This document shows, one piece after another, positions 9,137 to 17,107 of a stretch of DNA of 55,792 nucleotides (the first letter of the stretch is position 1; each line of letters starts with the position of its first letter). The notes beneath the pieces were generated by a model. It saw nothing but the letters and a program-made list of their open reading frames with translations, did no database searches and was not told where the DNA came from. A program made the translations under genes and the position numbers. Source of the stretch: a virus (Duplodnaviria; Caudoviricetes); IMG/VR virus record IMGVR_UViG_3300011339_000921, positions 1 to 55,792 of that record; one strand, 5' to 3'.

Positions 9137-9647
9137 AACGACGGAACTCTCCGAAATACTCATCAGCGGCGCGGCAATACGCCAGATGCGCCTGATACTC
9201 GTCGTCAAAGCTCCCAAGCCGAATCAGCTGGCCTTCAACCCGAATGGCAGCCCTCCACTTCCGCCAGTTCCGGTCCCACGTCACCCCCTTGTACCCAGAC
9301 GTGCAACCCTCTCGCTTTTTCTGATTGCGGTTATTCTCCATCTTGCTCGCCAACCGCAAATTACAAATCCGATTGTCCGCCGGATCCCCGTTCGCGTGAT
9401 CAATGTCCGCCGTCGGCCACTCCCCATGATGAAGCACCCAGCAGATCCGGTGCGCCTTAAACACCCGCTTCAAAACCTTAACCTGAATCCGACCATCCGG
9501 GCGCGTGCAACCAGCCGGAACATTCATTCGGCCCCTGCCTCCCGGCGGTTTAATCCACCACAGATAACCCGTATCCGCGTCGTAACGCAGCCATTGTCGT
9601 AAATCGGCTGTCGGTATATCACGCTCACTAAGCGTCATCGGAATCAC
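9129..9647 (-). CDS. HNH endonuclease with C-terminal AP2 domain (free-standing homing endonuclease)
   Basis: AHRICW...IDHANGDPADNRICNLR HNH motif; YKGVTW...WRAAI...LGSFDDEYQAHLAY AP2 motif. Confidence 0.9.
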   Translation of the reverse strand: MIPMTLSERDIPTADLRQWLRYDADTGYLWWIKPPGGRGRMNVPAGCTRPDGRIQVKVLKRVFKAHRICWVLHHGEWPTADIDHANGDPADNRICNLRLASKMENNRNQKKREGCTSGYKGVTWDRNWRKWRAAIRVEGQLIRLGSFDDEYQAHLAYCRAADEYFGEFRRYG

Positions 9648-9715
9648 CCTTCCTATGTGCGCTGCTCGCCGGGGCCTGATCTCCCCGGCGGGCGCTCCTC
9701 TGTCGGCGCTCCAGC

Positions 9716-9744
9716 CTTATACGACGGTAAGCACCCAGCCACAA
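9716..9744 (-). promoter_or_regulatory. Putative promoter for HNH-terL
   Basis: TTGTGG-17 nt-TATAAG. Confidence 0.5.
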
Positions 9745-9785
9745 CCTCCGGCCCACAGCAAAACCATTTCGCGATCCGCGGTGCC

Positions 9786-10292
9786 TCACTCGTCACCGTC
9801 GCAACCAATCCCCCTCACAACCTCAGCGTCAATAATCACCGGCGAATTAACCACCTCACGCGCTACCAGCGCACGCAACTCACTCAAACTTAAATCCTTC
9901 GCGCTCACATTGTGGTTCACATTAACCGTCTGATCCAACATCCCCAGCAACTGCGCCTGCGCCTTCACCGCACTGATCGCACTCGGAAACGCGCCCTTGT
10001 CCATCGCCGCCTGAACCACAGCCTGCAACTCATCCAAAAACAAATCCCGCGTGTACTCCCGGCGCTCAGCCTGAACACCCTCAGCCTCAGCCGCCATGAT
10101 CAAACGCTGAACCTCAGCCCGAGCCAACTGCCGCGATGCGACAATCGACATGTTCAACTCAGGACTCGTGATCCCAGCCCGGACACACGCAATCTCAGCC
10201 GCATTCGCCTTCTTCAACGAACGCTGCTCAACATACACGCGAGCGAAAATCGCGTCCCGATCTTCAGCCGATACCGTGTCTAACTCACCCAT
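9786..10292 (-). CDS. terS: Terminase small subunit (putative)
   Basis: N-terminal HTH-like region, AISAVKAQAQLLGM and LSELRAL motifs, upstream of terL; start could instead be 10304 or 10310. Confidence 0.7.
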   Translation of the reverse strand: MGELDTVSAEDRDAIFARVYVEQRSLKKANAAEIACVRAGITSPELNMSIVASRQLARAEVQRLIMAAEAEGVQAERREYTRDLFLDELQAVVQAAMDKGAFPSAISAVKAQAQLLGMLDQTVNVNHNVSAKDLSLSELRALVAREVVNSPVIIDAEVVRGIGCDGDE

Positions 10293-10299
10293 GCCAGCA

Positions 10300-10328
10300 A
10301 ACATAATCATCCAAACCGTTCAGCGCAA
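10300..10328 (-). promoter_or_regulatory. Putative leaderless promoter of terS
   Basis: TTGCGC-17 nt-TATGTT, 7 nt before ATG 10292. Confidence 0.55.
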
Positions 10329-10339
10329 TAAAATAATCT

Positions 10340-10630
10340 CACACTGTAACCTCGCACGTCACCACCCCATTCGGTGCAATAAAATATTATATATGGAACC
10401 ACAGTTAAAAACAAAGGGGGCTGTTTCAGGGGGTGGGGGGTCTGGATATGGCCGGAACGGATTTGGAGGGAAATGTGGGTGAGAGTGGGTATATTTAGGA
10501 TAAAACCCGCCGATCGCCGGGCAAAGTGGGTGGGTGGGGGGTGGAGGGAGCCGCCGGCCCGGCCGCCGGCCGGGAACAGGGCTGCGCCACATCCGCATCT
10601 GGCTGTAACTGCATCCGCTTCTGGCGCTGC
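10340..10630. other. Divergent intergenic region; candidate packaging-initiation (pac) region
   Basis: AT-rich patch, G-tracts and 14-bp imperfect direct repeats immediately upstream of terS. Confidence 0.35.
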
Positions 10631-10718
10631 ATGTTGACGTTTACGGTTGACGCTATTGTTGGTTGCTGTATTGAGGGCGCTGGGCGTTATGCCCGTCTAG
10701 TGGAAAGGAAACAGACGA

Positions 10719-11057
10719 ATGAACAGCCTTAGCAAGTATGCCACCCCCGGCGAAGCCCGCGCAGCCCGTAAACTGGTTCGCGCTGCATTGGCCGACGGTT
10801 GGACAGTTAGCGTCAATGATGGATACGAAACCACCGTTACCCGCTCAAGCAAGGAGCGCGAAATCTTTGACGCTCTCTGCACCACCGGGGAGGACGTTAT
10901 CACAATCCACCTTCCCATCAGCGGCAAGAGCGGTGGCTCGTTCTACCTTATCTATGGGAACAATCCAGACGGGTCTGAACTGTTCAGCGATTACAGCGAC
11001 AATGAAAACTGCGAGCCGCTGGTGAAAGCCGCCTATCGCGTCAAGACAACCATCTAA
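10719..11057 (+). CDS. Early hypothetical protein
   Basis: 112 aa, AAGGA RBS. Confidence 0.75.
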   Translation: MNSLSKYATPGEARAARKLVRAALADGWTVSVNDGYETTVTRSSKEREIFDALCTTGEDVITIHLPISGKSGGSFYLIYGNNPDGSELFSDYSDNENCEPLVKAAYRVKTTI

Positions 11058-11080
11058 CCACATCCCCGGAGGGAATGAAC

Positions 11081-11215
11081 ATGATCGATCGAACCGAAGT
11101 CAGCCGCGCCATGGCGAAGGCCATTGCCTACAAGCAATGCGGGAAACAGAGGGAAGCCGAACAGTGGGCGCGGGAACTGGTGCGCCTGCTGGAGTGTGCG
11201 GATATTCTCCGGTGA
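11081..11215 (+). CDS. Small early protein (44 aa)
   Basis: MIDRTEVSRAMAKAIAYKQCGK...; GGAGG RBS; below ORF-track cutoff. Confidence 0.65.
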   Translation: MIDRTEVSRAMAKAIAYKQCGKQREAEQWARELVRLLECADILR

Positions 11216-11289
11216 TAGAGTCCCGCCTTCACTCCGCGCTGGCGGCTGCCGCGCTCGTTATCGTTCTGGCCGTTCTGGCCGCTATCTGA
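11212..11289 (+). CDS. 25-aa hydrophobic membrane peptide
   Basis: GTGA overlap with previous gene; MIESRLHSALAAAALVIVLAVLAAI. Confidence 0.45.
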   Translation: MIESRLHSALAAAALVIVLAVLAAI

Positions 11290-11300
11290 GAGGACCACCC

Positions 11301-11528
11301 ATGACACGCAAAGACTATGTGATGATCGCTGACGCAATCCGCGGCCTGCTAGCTGATATCGAGCGCGAGTCCGGTCCTATGGCCGTTTGCGATCGTACCC
11401 GCGCTCTCTTGGCCGGGGAGCACCTAGGCGCCCGCCACGCCGCATCGCGCCTCGCTGACACGCTGCGGCAGGATAACCCCCGCTTTGACCGGGTCCGCTT
11501 TATGGCCGCCTGCGGCTTGACCGCTTAA
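11301..11528 (+). CDS. Small early phage protein
   Basis: MTRKDYVMIA...NPRFDRVRFMAACG; GAGGA RBS. Confidence 0.75.
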   Translation: MTRKDYVMIADAIRGLLADIERESGPMAVCDRTRALLAGEHLGARHAASRLADTLRQDNPRFDRVRFMAACGLTA

Positions 11529-11548
11529 TCACACCGGAGGGAACGAGC

Positions 11549-11740
11549 ATGAACACCGCCACCATCACCCTGATACGTCCGCGCTACTGGCAGCATGCCG
11601 CAACGGGCCTGACCATATGGCTGCCATGCGATAAGCGCAGCTTTCGCGTGATAAACCGCGACACTGGCGAGGATTACTCGCCCCGCCGGTTCCGCAGCCT
11701 TAAAACAGCGGCGGCATTCCTAGACCGCTTGACCGCTTAA
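11549..11740 (+). CDS. Early hypothetical protein
   Basis: 63 aa, GGAGG RBS. Confidence 0.65.
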   Translation: MNTATITLIRPRYWQHAATGLTIWLPCDKRSFRVINRDTGEDYSPRRFRSLKTAAAFLDRLTA

Positions 11741-11744
11741 CCCC

Positions 11745-11797
11745 GTGGCGCGTCACATCACATCACATCACGATGTGGCGCGTCACATCCATCACAT
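11745..11797. repeat. Two GTGGCGCGTCACATC copies plus ACATC microrepeats (candidate operator)
   Basis: First copy 11745-11759; second within the dyad GATGTG-GCGCGT-CACATC at 11772-11789. Confidence 0.6.
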
Positions 11798-11816
11798 TAA
11801 AATGGGAGCAACAGAC

Positions 11817-12068
11817 ATGACCACCACCACCACCACCGCCCGCCCGCTTCACGTCATCGCCCGCGATATCCAGCGCGATTGGCTCAAGCCCAACTATGCC
11901 GCTGTCCCCTATCTGGACGCTATGCGGTCGCTGGATAGCATCTCCGATCGCTATTACTACGACTCGGCCGACAGCGTTGTGCGGTATTTCCTATCGAACG
12001 CCACATCATGGCGCGGGGACAAGGCGCGCGAGATTAAGGCGGAGCTTAAGGCCATGCTGGCGCGCTAA
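11817..12068 (+). CDS. Early phage protein
   Basis: RPLHVIARDI...AVPYLDAM...YFLSNATSWRG; GGGAG RBS. Confidence 0.75.
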   Translation: MTTTTTTARPLHVIARDIQRDWLKPNYAAVPYLDAMRSLDSISDRYYYDSADSVVRYFLSNATSWRGDKAREIKAELKAMLAR

Positions 12069-12101
12069 TCCGCACCCCCATCCTTGAAAGGAACTACACC
12101 C

Positions 12102-12359
12102 ATGAAAGCCTATCTTCACTTCGGCGCAGGCACAGAGCCGCGCCAGACCGTCGCCGTCGAACGCAAGGAATCCCCAATGCCGTGGCATGTCGCGGGCCTG
12201 TCCTATACTGCCAGCGGCTACGGAAACCGCATCCCGTCGCGCCATATGGTGCGATGGGAAGGGCGGTGGCGTCGCGTTTATGTCTGCCAGTATAGCAACG
12301 CCGGCACAGCCTATATCGGCAAGCCCGGCGCATGGCTGGCGACTGTCTCTTTCGACTGA
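12102..12359 (+). CDS. Early hypothetical protein
   Basis: ASGYGNRIPS...RWRRVYVCQYSNAGTAYI; AAGGA RBS. Confidence 0.7.
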   Translation: MKAYLHFGAGTEPRQTVAVERKESPMPWHVAGLSYTASGYGNRIPSRHMVRWEGRWRRVYVCQYSNAGTAYIGKPGAWLATVSFD

Positions 12360-12380
12360 TCCACAGCCCCACCCCCACCT

Positions 12381-12410
12381 AGCCCGCCCTAACCCGGCGG
12401 GCTTTTCTTT
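12381..12410 (+). terminator. Intrinsic terminator of the first early operon
   Basis: AGCCCGCC-ctaaccc-GGCGGGCT then TTTCTTT. Confidence 0.8.
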
Positions 12411-12524
12411 GCCCGGCGCCCAGCCGCCACAGCGGCCGCCCAGCGCCGCCCGCGCCTGTCTGGCACCCTGCACACCCCCATTGCCCGGACGCGCTCAGCG
12501 GGCCTTAAAATCGCCCGCCACTAG

Positions 12525-12566
12525 CCCGCCGGAGCCTGTCCCCCGCACCCCGCCGGAGCCTGTCCC
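12525..12566. repeat. 18-bp direct repeat CCCGCCGGAGCCTGTCCC x2
   Basis: 12525-12542 and 12549-12566. Confidence 0.8.
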
Positions 12567-12606
12567 TTGCGTGATTTATCGCCCTGGCCTAATGCTGAAT
12601 ATATCA

Positions 12607-12984
12607 GGCATGAAACACCCTAACCCGCTGATATCACAGTGAAAAAAGGCGTTTTGAAACGGGTTTTTGCGTTTTGAAACAGAGAGTGTTTCACTCCAAG
12701 CCCCTGAAAAATAACGCCTTTTCCTTATATTATTATAAATGAAACGAGATTTAGATATATATAACCCCATGAGGACATGGTGTATTGGTTTTCTAATACA
12801 GGGGGTGTGTGTGTACCCCTATAGGGTTATACCCCTGCGAAAATCGTTTCATTTTCGATTTTGGGCCGAATCCGCCTGTATAATCAATGGCTTAGAGTGA
12901 AACAGCCTCCCGTTTCATCGCCGTTTCACTGTTTCAAAATGCCTGTTTCCTAAATGTTTTCAGGGGCTTAGGCTGTTTCATGCC
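12607..12984. other. Putative replication origin: dyad-symmetric TGAAAC box array around an AT-rich core
   Basis: 11 TGAAAC/GTTTCA boxes; four inverted-repeat pairs share the centre 12795/12796; GC skew switches here. Confidence 0.7.
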
Positions 12985-13137
12985 GTATAAATTAAACCGT
13001 TATATTTTACAGAGCGAAATCAGACACTTAGCCGACGCGACCCGGCTTTGAACCATTTAGTTACGTCCGTTCCGGGCCTATCGGACGAAAGGTCCATTTC
13101 GGTTGTAATTTGGTCCGGATGTGGTGCTGATTTTATG

Positions 13138-13165
13138 TTGCGTAATCGGCTGCTGTATGTATTGT
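13138..13165 (+). promoter_or_regulatory. Putative early promoter
   Basis: TTGCGT-16 nt-TATTGT ahead of the gene cluster starting 13210. Confidence 0.4.
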
Positions 13166-13209
13166 TGCGTGACGGTTCGACGTAAACCGTAGAGGTTAGG
13201 GAGCGTGAT

Positions 13210-13677
13210 ATGTTCACTGGTAACGGGTTCGACACATACGTTTGCGAGGGCGATTCCATCACATGCGAAGTGGACGGGTTCACCGTCACCGCAACTGTGG
13301 TCTGGGACTATGACAAGGGCGCGCCTGATACGGAGATGGACGGCTTTTGGCCGTCACTCGATCCGAAGGACGCGGGCTATATCGGCCCGAAGTCGCCGGC
13401 GACGCTGGCACGGCATATGGCGCGGGCGCGGGCTATCATGGATGCGTGGCTGAACGATGAATGGTTCTGGTGCGGGATTGTGCTGAGCGTATCGCGCGAC
13501 GGCGTTGTGCTGGACAGTCACGCCGCATCGCTCTGGGGCGTTGAGTGCAATTACCCCGTGTTCCGCAAGCGCGACCGGGCAAACGCCTATCTGATCGAAG
13601 TGGCGAATGAACTGTTGGGCGAGGCGCTGGAAGTGGCGCGGGCGCGGGTTCTTAAGATGAGGGAGGCTTTGGCATGA
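13210..13677 (+). CDS. Hypothetical protein
   Basis: 155 aa, GGGAG RBS, ASLWGVE motif. Confidence 0.75.
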   Translation: MFTGNGFDTYVCEGDSITCEVDGFTVTATVVWDYDKGAPDTEMDGFWPSLDPKDAGYIGPKSPATLARHMARARAIMDAWLNDEWFWCGIVLSVSRDGVVLDSHAASLWGVECNYPVFRKRDRANAYLIEVANELLGEALEVARARVLKMREALA

Positions 13678-14405
13678 GCGGGCGCGCAATATCAGGATAC
13701 GTTATCTATGACGGTCCGTCCGCGATTGACGGCGGCCGCATCATTGCAGTGGTCACGGGCATTGCCCGGAGCCGCAACACGAAAACTGGCCACATGGTCC
13801 AGACGTACATCATCCGGCCGGATATGCATCCAGTTGAGGCGGTGCGGACCGGTGCGGATAAATCGATCTGCGGCGACTGTGTGCATCGCGGGGATGGGGC
13901 TGGCAATGGCCGTTCCTGTTACGTGACGTTGGTTCACGGTCCGGCGGTTGTGTTCCGGTCATACCAGCGCGGGATTTATCCAGCGGCAACGCCCGAGACT
14001 GTGGCGGACATTGTCGCGGGCAAGATGGTGCGTCTCGGGACCTACGGTGACCCGGCTGCGGTTCCGATCGCGGTTTGGGAGGCGCTGACTTCGAAGGCTG
14101 CCGGCTGGACCGGGTACACGCACCAGTGGCGGACGGCGGCGGCCGGATGGGCGCGGCTTGTCATGGCCAGTGCGGACACGCTGGCAGACGCCAAGGCGGC
14201 ATGGCTGCGGGGGTATCGGACGTTCCGTGTAGGCCAGACGGCTGAGAAGGGCCGCGAGATTAACTGTCCTGCCAGTGGAGAGGCCGGGAAGCGGACGCAG
14301 TGTGCGGCATGCCGGCTGTGCATGGGAGCGACGAGCGGTTCGCCGGTTTCGATCCAGATAGCACCGCATGGGGCGGGCGCGAAACACTACAACGTAGCAG
14401 TATAA
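13674..14405 (+). CDS. Cys-rich phage protein, possibly metal/Fe-S binding
   Basis: SRNTKTG...CGDC...CYV, VRLGTYGDP, WTGYTHQW, CP...CAACRLC. Confidence 0.75.
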   Translation: MSGRAISGYVIYDGPSAIDGGRIIAVVTGIARSRNTKTGHMVQTYIIRPDMHPVEAVRTGADKSICGDCVHRGDGAGNGRSCYVTLVHGPAVVFRSYQRGIYPAATPETVADIVAGKMVRLGTYGDPAAVPIAVWEALTSKAAGWTGYTHQWRTAAAGWARLVMASADTLADAKAAWLRGYRTFRVGQTAEKGREINCPASGEAGKRTQCAACRLCMGATSGSPVSIQIAPHGAGAKHYNVAV

Positions 14406-14417
14406 GGGAGAATTATC

Positions 14418-14822
14418 ATGGGTAATCGGGCTGTCATCACCACCGCGCCGTTCAGCGAAAGCAGCGTCGGCATCTATGTACATTGGAACGGCGGGCGCGC
14501 CAGTATCGAGGGATTCCTCAAGGCTTGCCGGGAACTGGGCTACCGTGATCCATCGCTTGATGACGGCTACGCTATGGCGCGCCTCACGCAGGTAATTGGC
14601 CAGTTTTTTGGCGGCGGCACGTCGCTGGGGATTGGCGTTGTGCGTGATCTGGACACCGACAATGGGGACAACGGGACCTACGTCATTGGCGAGGGTTGGG
14701 AGATTGTCGGGCGCCTGCACGTCAATCCGCTGGGCGAGGAGGAAGTCGATCCGGCGAAAACCGACGCCATTGCGGCCGATATTATCGCGAAGGTTCGCGC
14801 TGGCGAGGGGTCGGCGGCATGA
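14418..14822 (+). CDS. Hypothetical phage protein
   Basis: MGNRAVI...IYVHWNGG motif; GGGAG RBS. Confidence 0.75.
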   Translation: MGNRAVITTAPFSESSVGIYVHWNGGRASIEGFLKACRELGYRDPSLDDGYAMARLTQVIGQFFGGGTSLGIGVVRDLDTDNGDNGTYVIGEGWEIVGRLHVNPLGEEEVDPAKTDAIAADIIAKVRAGEGSAA

Positions 14823-14974
14823 GTTGGATAATTGTGAGCCGGGAGACTGGCAAGCCGGTGCTGGAGACGTTCTCCGCCCGCGTGGCGGGTGCTGTGGATA
14901 CGGCGCGATATGAGGTGCTAACGGCGCTGCAGTGGCTGCAGCGGTTTAACGCGAGTGTGAGGGAGCAGGCATGA
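14819..14974 (+). CDS. Hypothetical protein
   Basis: ATGA overlap; MSWIIVSRETGKPVLETF. Confidence 0.6.
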   Translation: MSWIIVSRETGKPVLETFSARVAGAVDTARYEVLTALQWLQRFNASVREQA

Positions 14975-15168
14975 GCGGGGAAAACATAGCATGGGTTGAT
15001 CTGGCGCAGCGGCGGCGAGTGCTGTTGGCCGCGCCTGACCTGCTGGCCGCACTGGATCGGGCTGAGGCGTTTATCGCCGGGTTTGAGGATGACGAGACGC
15101 AGGAAGGCGTCACGGAGATGCTGGCGGCTATCAGGGCCGCGATTGCGAAAGCGAAGGAGATTGTCTGA
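14971..15168 (+). CDS. Hypothetical protein
   Basis: LAAPDLLAAL...AAIAKA motif common in early phage genes. Confidence 0.65.
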   Translation: MSGENIAWVDLAQRRRVLLAAPDLLAALDRAEAFIAGFEDDETQEGVTEMLAAIRAAIAKAKEIV

Positions 15169-15326
15169 TGACGGGTAAAGAGGCGCTGGCCGCGCTGGAT
15201 GCGGCGATTGTAGAGCGGGAGCGGCTGCGGTGGATTGAGGCCTGCCGGGTGCGTGATGAGGCTATCGCTGCGGCGCGCGAGGCGTTGGAGCGGTGGACGC
15301 AGGCAGAGAAGGAGCGCAGGAAATGA
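15168..15326 (+). CDS. Small helical protein (52 aa)
   Basis: TGATG overlap, AGGAG RBS. Confidence 0.55.
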   Translation: MTGKEALAALDAAIVERERLRWIEACRVRDEAIAAAREALERWTQAEKERRK

Positions 15327-15469
15327 CGTTCGATAACGATGAACACGGCCAGTGCCGGCACTGCGGGCGGGACAATCGCGGGCATGAGCAGGAGCCATGT
15401 GCGGACGATTGTCCCCAGTATTGGGAGGCGCGGAACATCCCGTACCCGGAGCATGGGGAGCCTGTCTGA
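15323..15469 (+). CDS. Small Cys-containing protein (48 aa)
   Basis: ATGA overlap; CRHC...CADDC. Confidence 0.55.
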   Translation: MTFDNDEHGQCRHCGRDNRGHEQEPCADDCPQYWEARNIPYPEHGEPV

Positions 15470-16125
15470 TGATGACCGTAGATGAACTGTTGGCCCGCTG
15501 GCCGACTGACATTCCGTTTAAGGGAAAACTGATCGACGCTGATGGGTGCATGTGCGCTCAGGGGCAGGTGCTGCACTATATCGGCGGCATGACGCCAGAT
15601 GATTTACGCGAGATTGATCAGGCAGACGCTGACCGAGAAACGGCGGAACTGTTGGGCATCAGCCGCGCGCATGCGGTGCTGTTGCGGCGCGTCAACGACA
15701 GTATGCCGGGGGCGCCAACGTGCGTTCTGACGGAGCCGGAGAAGGTGTTGGGCGATCGGGCGCAGCGTGTGCTGGCGTTCTGGCGTCACCTTGACGGCAT
15801 GACGGCGGATGATTGGCACAGGGTAAGCGCCGCACGGGCCGCCGCAGGGGACGTTACATGGGCCGCACGGGCCGCCGCAGGGGACGCCGCATGTGACGCC
15901 GCACGGGCCGCCGCATGTGACGCCGCACGGGCCGCCGCAGGGGACGTTACATGGGCCGCACGGGACGCCACATGGGACGCCGCACGGGCCGCCGCAGGGG
16001 CCGCCACATGGGACGCCGCATGGGCCAGTAACGAAATACAGGGCGCAACAATTATGCGCGAGCAGGGCCAACCATTCTTTTTCCTGCCGATGTTTGGTTT
16101 TGCTACGCCAGAGGAGATTGTTTGA
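15469..16125 (+). CDS. Hypothetical protein with AA(W/R/C)DAA Ala-rich repeats
   Basis: MMTVDELLARW start; GGGCCGCCGCA-type repeats at about 15829-16026. Confidence 0.7.
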   Translation: MMTVDELLARWPTDIPFKGKLIDADGCMCAQGQVLHYIGGMTPDDLREIDQADADRETAELLGISRAHAVLLRRVNDSMPGAPTCVLTEPEKVLGDRAQRVLAFWRHLDGMTADDWHRVSAARAAAGDVTWAARAAAGDAACDAARAAACDAARAAAGDVTWAARDATWDAARAAAGAATWDAAWASNEIQGATIMREQGQPFFFLPMFGFATPEEIV

Positions 16126-16283
16126 TGATGGCCGAGATACTGGACGTGCTGTCCGAGTGCGCGGAATATCTGGACCGGTACGCGGATTATGAGGATGATG
16201 GTTATGGCGGCATGACGCCGAATCGGGCCGCGCGGTTGCTGTATGACGTGCAGCAGATGATTAACAGAGCAGAGGGGAATTGA
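16125..16283 (+). CDS. Small hypothetical protein
   Basis: GAGGAG RBS, TGATG overlaps on both sides. Confidence 0.6.
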   Translation: MMAEILDVLSECAEYLDRYADYEDDGYGGMTPNRAARLLYDVQQMINRAEGN

Positions 16284-16909
16284 TGATGTCGAGCAGGATC
16301 AGCAGAGCAGTGGCGGAAGAGATGGCGCAGGCCATCATCACCCATGCACACAAGGATGAGGCGATGGACATGCTGCGGCAGGAGCGCGCCCTGTTCCGAA
16401 AAATGTACGACGAGCAGCACCCTGCAGAGCTTCGGGCCAAGATGGCCGAGATGCAGGCCATGCTGGGCGAAGGGCAGTACACCTTTAGCGATGACTGTTC
16501 ATACATCTGGGTCCGCAGCGCAAGCGGGTACACGTCAGACGTGCGCTTGAACCCCTACCTGCACGGCCGCCGACGGATATCGTGGCAACTGGCGATCGAG
16601 AAGTGCCCACTGGCGCTGCGGAGCTTTGATTTCGAGCACCACCGCGTGACAGGCGCTCTGTCGCTGGAGTTCGATGCGCTCGTGATGGCCAAGAGGGCGC
16701 TGCAGGAGGAGCTTTCGTCGTCATACGAAGTGGCTCTCAACGCTGTGCTGGCGTTCGGCACGTACAAGAAGCTGCAGGCCGGCTGGCCCGAGGTGCTGCC
16801 ACTGGTGGAGAAGTTCATCCCCATCGCCGGCCAGACCACCGCGCTGGCTGTGTGCGTGTCTGATCTGAACACGGCGTTCAATCTGCCGCCTGAGAGCGCG
16901 GCGAATTAA
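16283..16909 (+). CDS. Nmad5-like (nucleotide-modification-associated domain 5) protein
   Basis: Helical N-terminus and C-terminal TYKKLQAGWPEVLPL...LNTAFNLP pattern. Confidence 0.65.
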   Translation: MMSSRISRAVAEEMAQAIITHAHKDEAMDMLRQERALFRKMYDEQHPAELRAKMAEMQAMLGEGQYTFSDDCSYIWVRSASGYTSDVRLNPYLHGRRRISWQLAIEKCPLALRSFDFEHHRVTGALSLEFDALVMAKRALQEELSSSYEVALNAVLAFGTYKKLQAGWPEVLPLVEKFIPIAGQTTALAVCVSDLNTAFNLPPESAAN

Positions 16910-16921
16910 TTTAGAGGTGAT

Positions 16922-17107
16922 GTGATGATTGTATTGGCGACGTTGATCCTGCTGGGGCTGTGGGCGCTGGTTGGGTATGGCTGCTATTCGGTGGCCGTGG
17001 GCAAGGGGCGCAGGGGTGGGCTGTGGTTCATTCTGGGCGCGCTGTTTGGGCTGCTGGCGCTGTTGTGGGTGGCGTTGCTGCCGGCCGTTCCGAAGGCCGA
17101 TCAGTGA
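16922..17107 (+). CDS. Small membrane protein
   Basis: Two hydrophobic helices separated by KGRRGG. Confidence 0.7.
   Translation: MMIVLATLILLGLWALVGYGCYSVAVGKGRRGGLWFILGALFGLLALLWVALLPAVPKADQ

Noticed and set aside
9129-9785. Group I intron carrying the HNH gene
   Set aside because: terL has an intact N-terminus after the HNH stop, terS ends normally, and no intron core elements were recognised
14400-14407. GTATAAGG on the plus strand as a further late-type promoter
   Set aside because: Explained by a stop codon plus the next RBS; no -35 box
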